Assembly: GCA_001643675.2 (NCBI GenBank) | Contig: LSRY02000002.1 | Location: 992,001 to 1,056,000, forward strand | Direction: 5' to 3' | DNA from: Monocercomonoides exilis PA203 | Taxonomy: Eukaryota > Protista > Preaxostyla | DNA: 64,000 bases | Shown: one piece after another, positions 60,142 through 64,000 of the stretch | Layout of the letters: each line of letters starts with the position of its first letter | Position numbering within the stretch: position 1 is the stretch's first letter | The notes under the pieces: model-generated | Seen by the model: only the letters and a program-made list of their open reading frames with translations | Told to the model about the DNA's origin: nothing | Database searches by the model: none | Made by a program: the position numbers and the translations under genes

Positions 60142-60989
60142 GAGCTGAAAACAAGAAATGTGTTTCAAGCATGAATGCTTAATGTGAGAGAAAGAAAGTT
60201 TTTTCAACATATTTGCCTCGATTTTAATCATAGCTGAAATTCACTTAGTTGGTTTTTATGATGAGTGTGACAACAAGTAAAAGGTTGATGGTGATTAGAA
60301 TTTTGAGATTTGTATTTTTTTAGAGTTGGTTTGAGATGTTTTGTATAGATTACTTTAAGACTTTAAAAAATTAAATATTCAAATTTGATAAAGTTATACA
60401 CAACATTAAAAAAGAATTATTGAAATTATATTTTTATCTAGCAGAGAAAAATGTTTATTTTGAATTGCAGAAATTCAAAAAAAACATAATTTATTGAAAA
60501 GAGTTCACAATTTGTTAAAAAAATATATTTCTATCAACTGCGTTCGTCTGAAGAAAACAAAGAACAAAAATGAAAAAATAAAGGGTGAAATGAGACAAAA
60601 ATGATGTATTTGAACATAATACAAAATTTCTTTTTGTTCATCATTGTGACGAACAAAATAAAAAATAAACATGATTGAATTTTGAAGACTTCAATAACCA
60701 GATGGTTGTCATTCTTTTCTCAAACTCGTAAATTTGTCGGAATGAAAGAAACGGCTGATAACTTCCTTTAAATTTTCATTAAGTTGATTACAAAACATCG
60801 GAAACTGAAATTTGTTTGGTGAATATTTTATTTTTTTGTTTATAAAAAAAAATTAAACATATTTGTTTTCATTATTTTTCCTTTGCATTTGATTGAGTTT
60901 TCTTCCTTTAATTGATATTTTTGAGCTTTGTTCAGTCAAGCATTTATTAAAGTTGCACATTGACTGAATATTATTCAGTGTTCACTTCC

Positions 60990-60993
<4 letters not shown>

Positions 60994-61023
<30 letters not shown>
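60994..61023 (+). repeat. 30-nt poly(A) tract
   Basis: Direct reading; abuts the truncated Merlin transposase relic. Confidence 0.9.
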
Positions 61024-61026
<3 letters not shown>

Positions 61027-61028
<2 letters not shown>

Positions 61029-61353
61029 TGATATTATTCATTCATCAATCGAGGAGCATGTTTCAAAAAAGAAAAAGATCTTTCCAGATTGATGGAAGGA
61101 TTATAACGGAATCAATGTAAAAGATTATCTTCACGAAACTGTCAACCACAGAAAAGGATTTGTTGACCCAATAACGAAAGCTCACACACTTCTCATTGAA
61201 AGAAAGTAGAGTTTGAAAGAATAAGATATTCCTTTTGAAGGCGTCAGAAGAAAATACTTAGAAGAATATTTGGATGCATTCGCATTTCAGAGAAATCAAG
61301 TCACTTCTGATGAAAAATTTTTACCAATTTTTTGCAATCACTCAATAGAATAA
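61027..61353 (+). pseudogene. Merlin/IS1595 (ISXO2-like) transposase C-terminal relic
   Basis: Manual translation: IEEHVSKKKKIFPD*WKDYNGINVKDYLHETVNHRKGFVDPITKAHTLLIERK*SLKE*...GVRRKYLEEYLDAFAFQR. This matches the IS1595/Merlin signature (D.W..Y, H.TVNH..FVDP.T..HT..IE, YL.EF). Three in-frame stops. Confidence 0.82.
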
Positions 61354-61394
61354 TTTCATGAAAATTATGAGTTATTTAAAAATTCATTATTTTT

Positions 61395-62293
61395 TGGTGG
61401 AAAATACGGACTATCAAGCTTTTTTTTTGCACAAGGCATTGAAAAATAACTACGCTCATAACTTTATTTAACTTTCTCAGATTTCAAAATATATTTGATT
61501 TTCATATCTGAAAACAAACATCATTGACATAATAACATTTTGTTTTGTGACATCAAATGTATTTTAAAAAACAAACCCATTTTTTTCAAATTTATGATCA
61601 CAAAAAGTTAATTAAAAGTGCATAATTTTTCAATGAAAATGCCTGAAGTTAAATATTTTGTCCCACATGAGAAAGTGCTCGTAACTTTTTCAGTTGATTC
61701 TTTTCAGACACAGTATTTGGAACTTCTTCAGTAGGACAGAGAAAGTCAGGGTTACTTGGAATAACATCTTTTGTGGATTGAACAGATGAATCCCAACACA
61801 TCCTTTGAAAACACAATTGAACATTTGAAAGCTCAATATTTTTCTTTCAATGACGTAAGTTCAACCGAATATGATTTGAAAAACAAACCATTTCTGAAAT
61901 TGATAATGCTTATAAGAGTTTATGAATGAGCCAAAGCGATTTGATCTCCTCGTTCTTTCCCTAAAAATGAATTGAACAGTTGGATTGGAATGAAGATAGC
62001 TCCAAATCACAAATCATATGGGGAAAAATACGGACTTTCAAGCTTTTTATGCACAAAGCATGAAAAAAATGTTTGACATTCAACATTATTAAACTTTATC
62101 AGATATCAAAAAATAATTTTGATTTTCATAACTGAAAACAAGCATCGTTGATATAACAATAATATGTTTTGGGATCTCACATGTGAATCAAAAAAGAAAC
62201 ACATATTTTTCATATTTTTCTACCACAAAAAGTTTATCTGAGGTGCGAAAATTTTCAATGAATATGCCTGAAGTCAAATATTATGTCCCATAT
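61395..62293 (+). repeat. Two diverged ~275-bp direct repeats (61395-61668, 62019-62293), probably TE ends plus ORF start
   Basis: Both begin GG(T/G)G(G/A)AAAATACGGACT(A/T)TCAAGCTTTTT and end ATGCCTGAAGT(T/C)AAATATT(T/A)TGTCCCA (M.MPEVKY(F/Y)VP). Confidence 0.7.
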
Positions 62294-63421
62294 TATGAAT
62301 AATTTGGAAGATTTTGCATGAAAATGTGGGTGATTTTTTTTTGAGATGATAATATCGTTCAATGTTTGAACTTTTTTTGAATTTTCGTGGGACAACCTTT
62401 TTAATGCATGGGAAATAAATTTATATGATAAAAAAATCATTTTCTGTAATATTTTTAAAACGCAAATTTGGATTGATTCAATTTTCCAAAATAACCATAA
62501 TTGTTCACAAATTAAGCATTTTCTTTTTGTGCTGAGTATTATTCGGTCGTGCAAACTTTTTGATGTTCGAAGAATAAAAATTTTCAATCTTTTATAAGTT
62601 TCATTTTCTCAAAATCTTTAATTGTTCATGAACACACATGAATGGAAGCTTTTTATTCTTTTCAAATTTTAAAAGATTTCTTGAGATTAGCAATATAGCA
62701 ACGACAACAAACATAGAAGATAAGAAGAAGAATTTGAAGTTTCCACAAGTGTCACATTCTGGCAATAATTTTGTTTTTGATTTTTGATGATCTAAACTTT
62801 TTTGCATCTTATTATTTTCCATCTTTTCATTAGTCTTTTATTTCATGCAGCATCTAACATACAAAATATATTTCTATCATTGTGTTTGCAACAAATAGCT
62901 TTAATCTTTGTAATGATTAAAATTTCTGTTTTTTATTGAAAATTCATTAATTTGTTTTTAACCTTTGACATTCAATGACATAGTTAATGAACGATTGAAA
63001 AATTCAAAGCCGAAAAGAATGAATGAATCTTTCGAACAATTAAAAGGGGATATCGTTTTATTAATTGAAGTTCAAAGGAAAAAAAATATGAAGAAAAAAA
63101 AATCAAGATTAGGAAACGATTTGAGAAGAAAATATTAAATGAAAGATGCTTGAGGTTTTTAAGTTGAATTCACAAATTTATGGAAATAGAATGGTTGCAT
63201 AAAAAGAAGATTATAGGATAGAAGTTGAAGGGAAAAAAAATAAAGATAGAAGAAAAAGAAAGAAGAATAAGAAAAGAGAAAAAAAAGAAAAGAAAAGAAA
63301 TGTTGAAGTTTAAAGAAGAAGAAGAAGGCGAGGAAAGAAGGAAAAGGAGAAGGAGATAAAGAATAGGTGAGAAGATGAAGAAGAAGAAAGAGGAAGAGCA
63401 GGGTTTGTGGAAGAAGAGACG

Positions 63422-64000
63422 TTAGCAAAAACATTTTGAGTTTAACATAAAGATAATCTTCCATTTGAAGAAGAAGAAGAAGAAAGAGAGGAGAGAAGAA
63501 GAAAGAGAAATTAAAAAAGAAGAAAAAAATAAAAAGAGGAAGGAAGAAGAAGAAGAGAGAATCAAAGAAGTTCTTGGAAATGGTGCAGGCTGATTAGCAG
63601 AGTTATCATTACAATTTTGTTTTGACTGTCCAGCCAGCATTCTTCCATTACCAATGTCTCTTTCTTTGAGCGAGTGCAGCACACTTTCGTCGTCCATACA
63701 CAGCTCCTTCCTCTTTTCTCTTTCGATTGCTGCTTTCTCCTTCTCCTTCCGCTCCATCTCCAACGCCTTCTCCAGCGGTGTCTGCAGTTGCGAGTGCACT
63801 CTCGTTCTCTTCAGCTCTGCCACAGCCACCGAACAAGCAGAAGACGCCTTAAGAGCTTCACTTCCGAACACACCATTACATGGCCAAAGTTCGGAGAAAG
63901 CGGATAATCGTCATTGCTTTCGTCGTTCTTCCAATTTTTTTTTTTTCGAAAGCATTGCCAGCTACGCCTAATGCTCCTCTCTCTCTTTCTCCTTCTCTGC
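63422..64000 (-). pseudogene. Gene or pseudogene fragment of unknown family entering from the right edge
   Basis: Higher-GC coding-like frame (..LKRTRVHSQLQTPLEKALEMERKEKEK..) with an in-frame TGA near 63911. Decays into a purine/pyrimidine low-complexity tract. Confidence 0.35.

Noticed and set aside
62255-63464. Short minus-strand ORFs (62255-62587, 62601-62822, 63159-63464)
   Set aside because: AT-rich or low-complexity with no recognisable motif.
1-64000. CRISPR arrays, rRNA, tRNA, prokaryotic operons
   Set aside because: None recognised. Repeats are TE termini or coding microsatellites, and the genes are spliceosomal-intron eukaryotic type. A tRNAscan/Rfam search was not possible.

Overview
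AT-rich eukaryotic genomic DNA with short GT-AG introns and the standard genetic code. Gene content and style suggest an oxymonad protist such as Monocercomonoides; this is an inference, not something the sequence proves. Host genes, left to right: (1) 5' part of a giant Cys/Gly-rich surface receptor running off the left edge (minus, <1-4496); (2) a ~2370-aa coiled-coil protein; (3) a GCKIII/STE20 kinase; (4) a PHO80-like cyclin; (5) a small putatively acylated protein; (6) a greatly enlarged PA200/Blm10 proteasome activator; (7) a MetRS1-type methionyl-tRNA synthetase; (8) a DEK-C domain gene; (9) a second PHO80-like cyclin; (10) a cathepsin B-like protein with both catalytic residues substituted; (11) a complete ~3030-aa single-pass receptor with a C-terminal pseudokinase. 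A nested DNA-transposon island at ~17.9-28 kb holds two decayed Tc1/IS630 (DD33E) copies, a TA-flanked MITE and a pogo-like DD35D relic. It also holds the highlight: a 3019-bp non-autonomous element (20929-23947) with ~342-bp near-perfect TIRs and an exact 8-bp TSD (ATTCATGG). This element carries a captured, internally deleted fragment of the receptor-pseudokinase family, making it a Pack-type (probably Merlin/IS1595-like) gene-capturing transposon. A Merlin/IS1595 transposase relic lies at ~61.0-61.35 kb.
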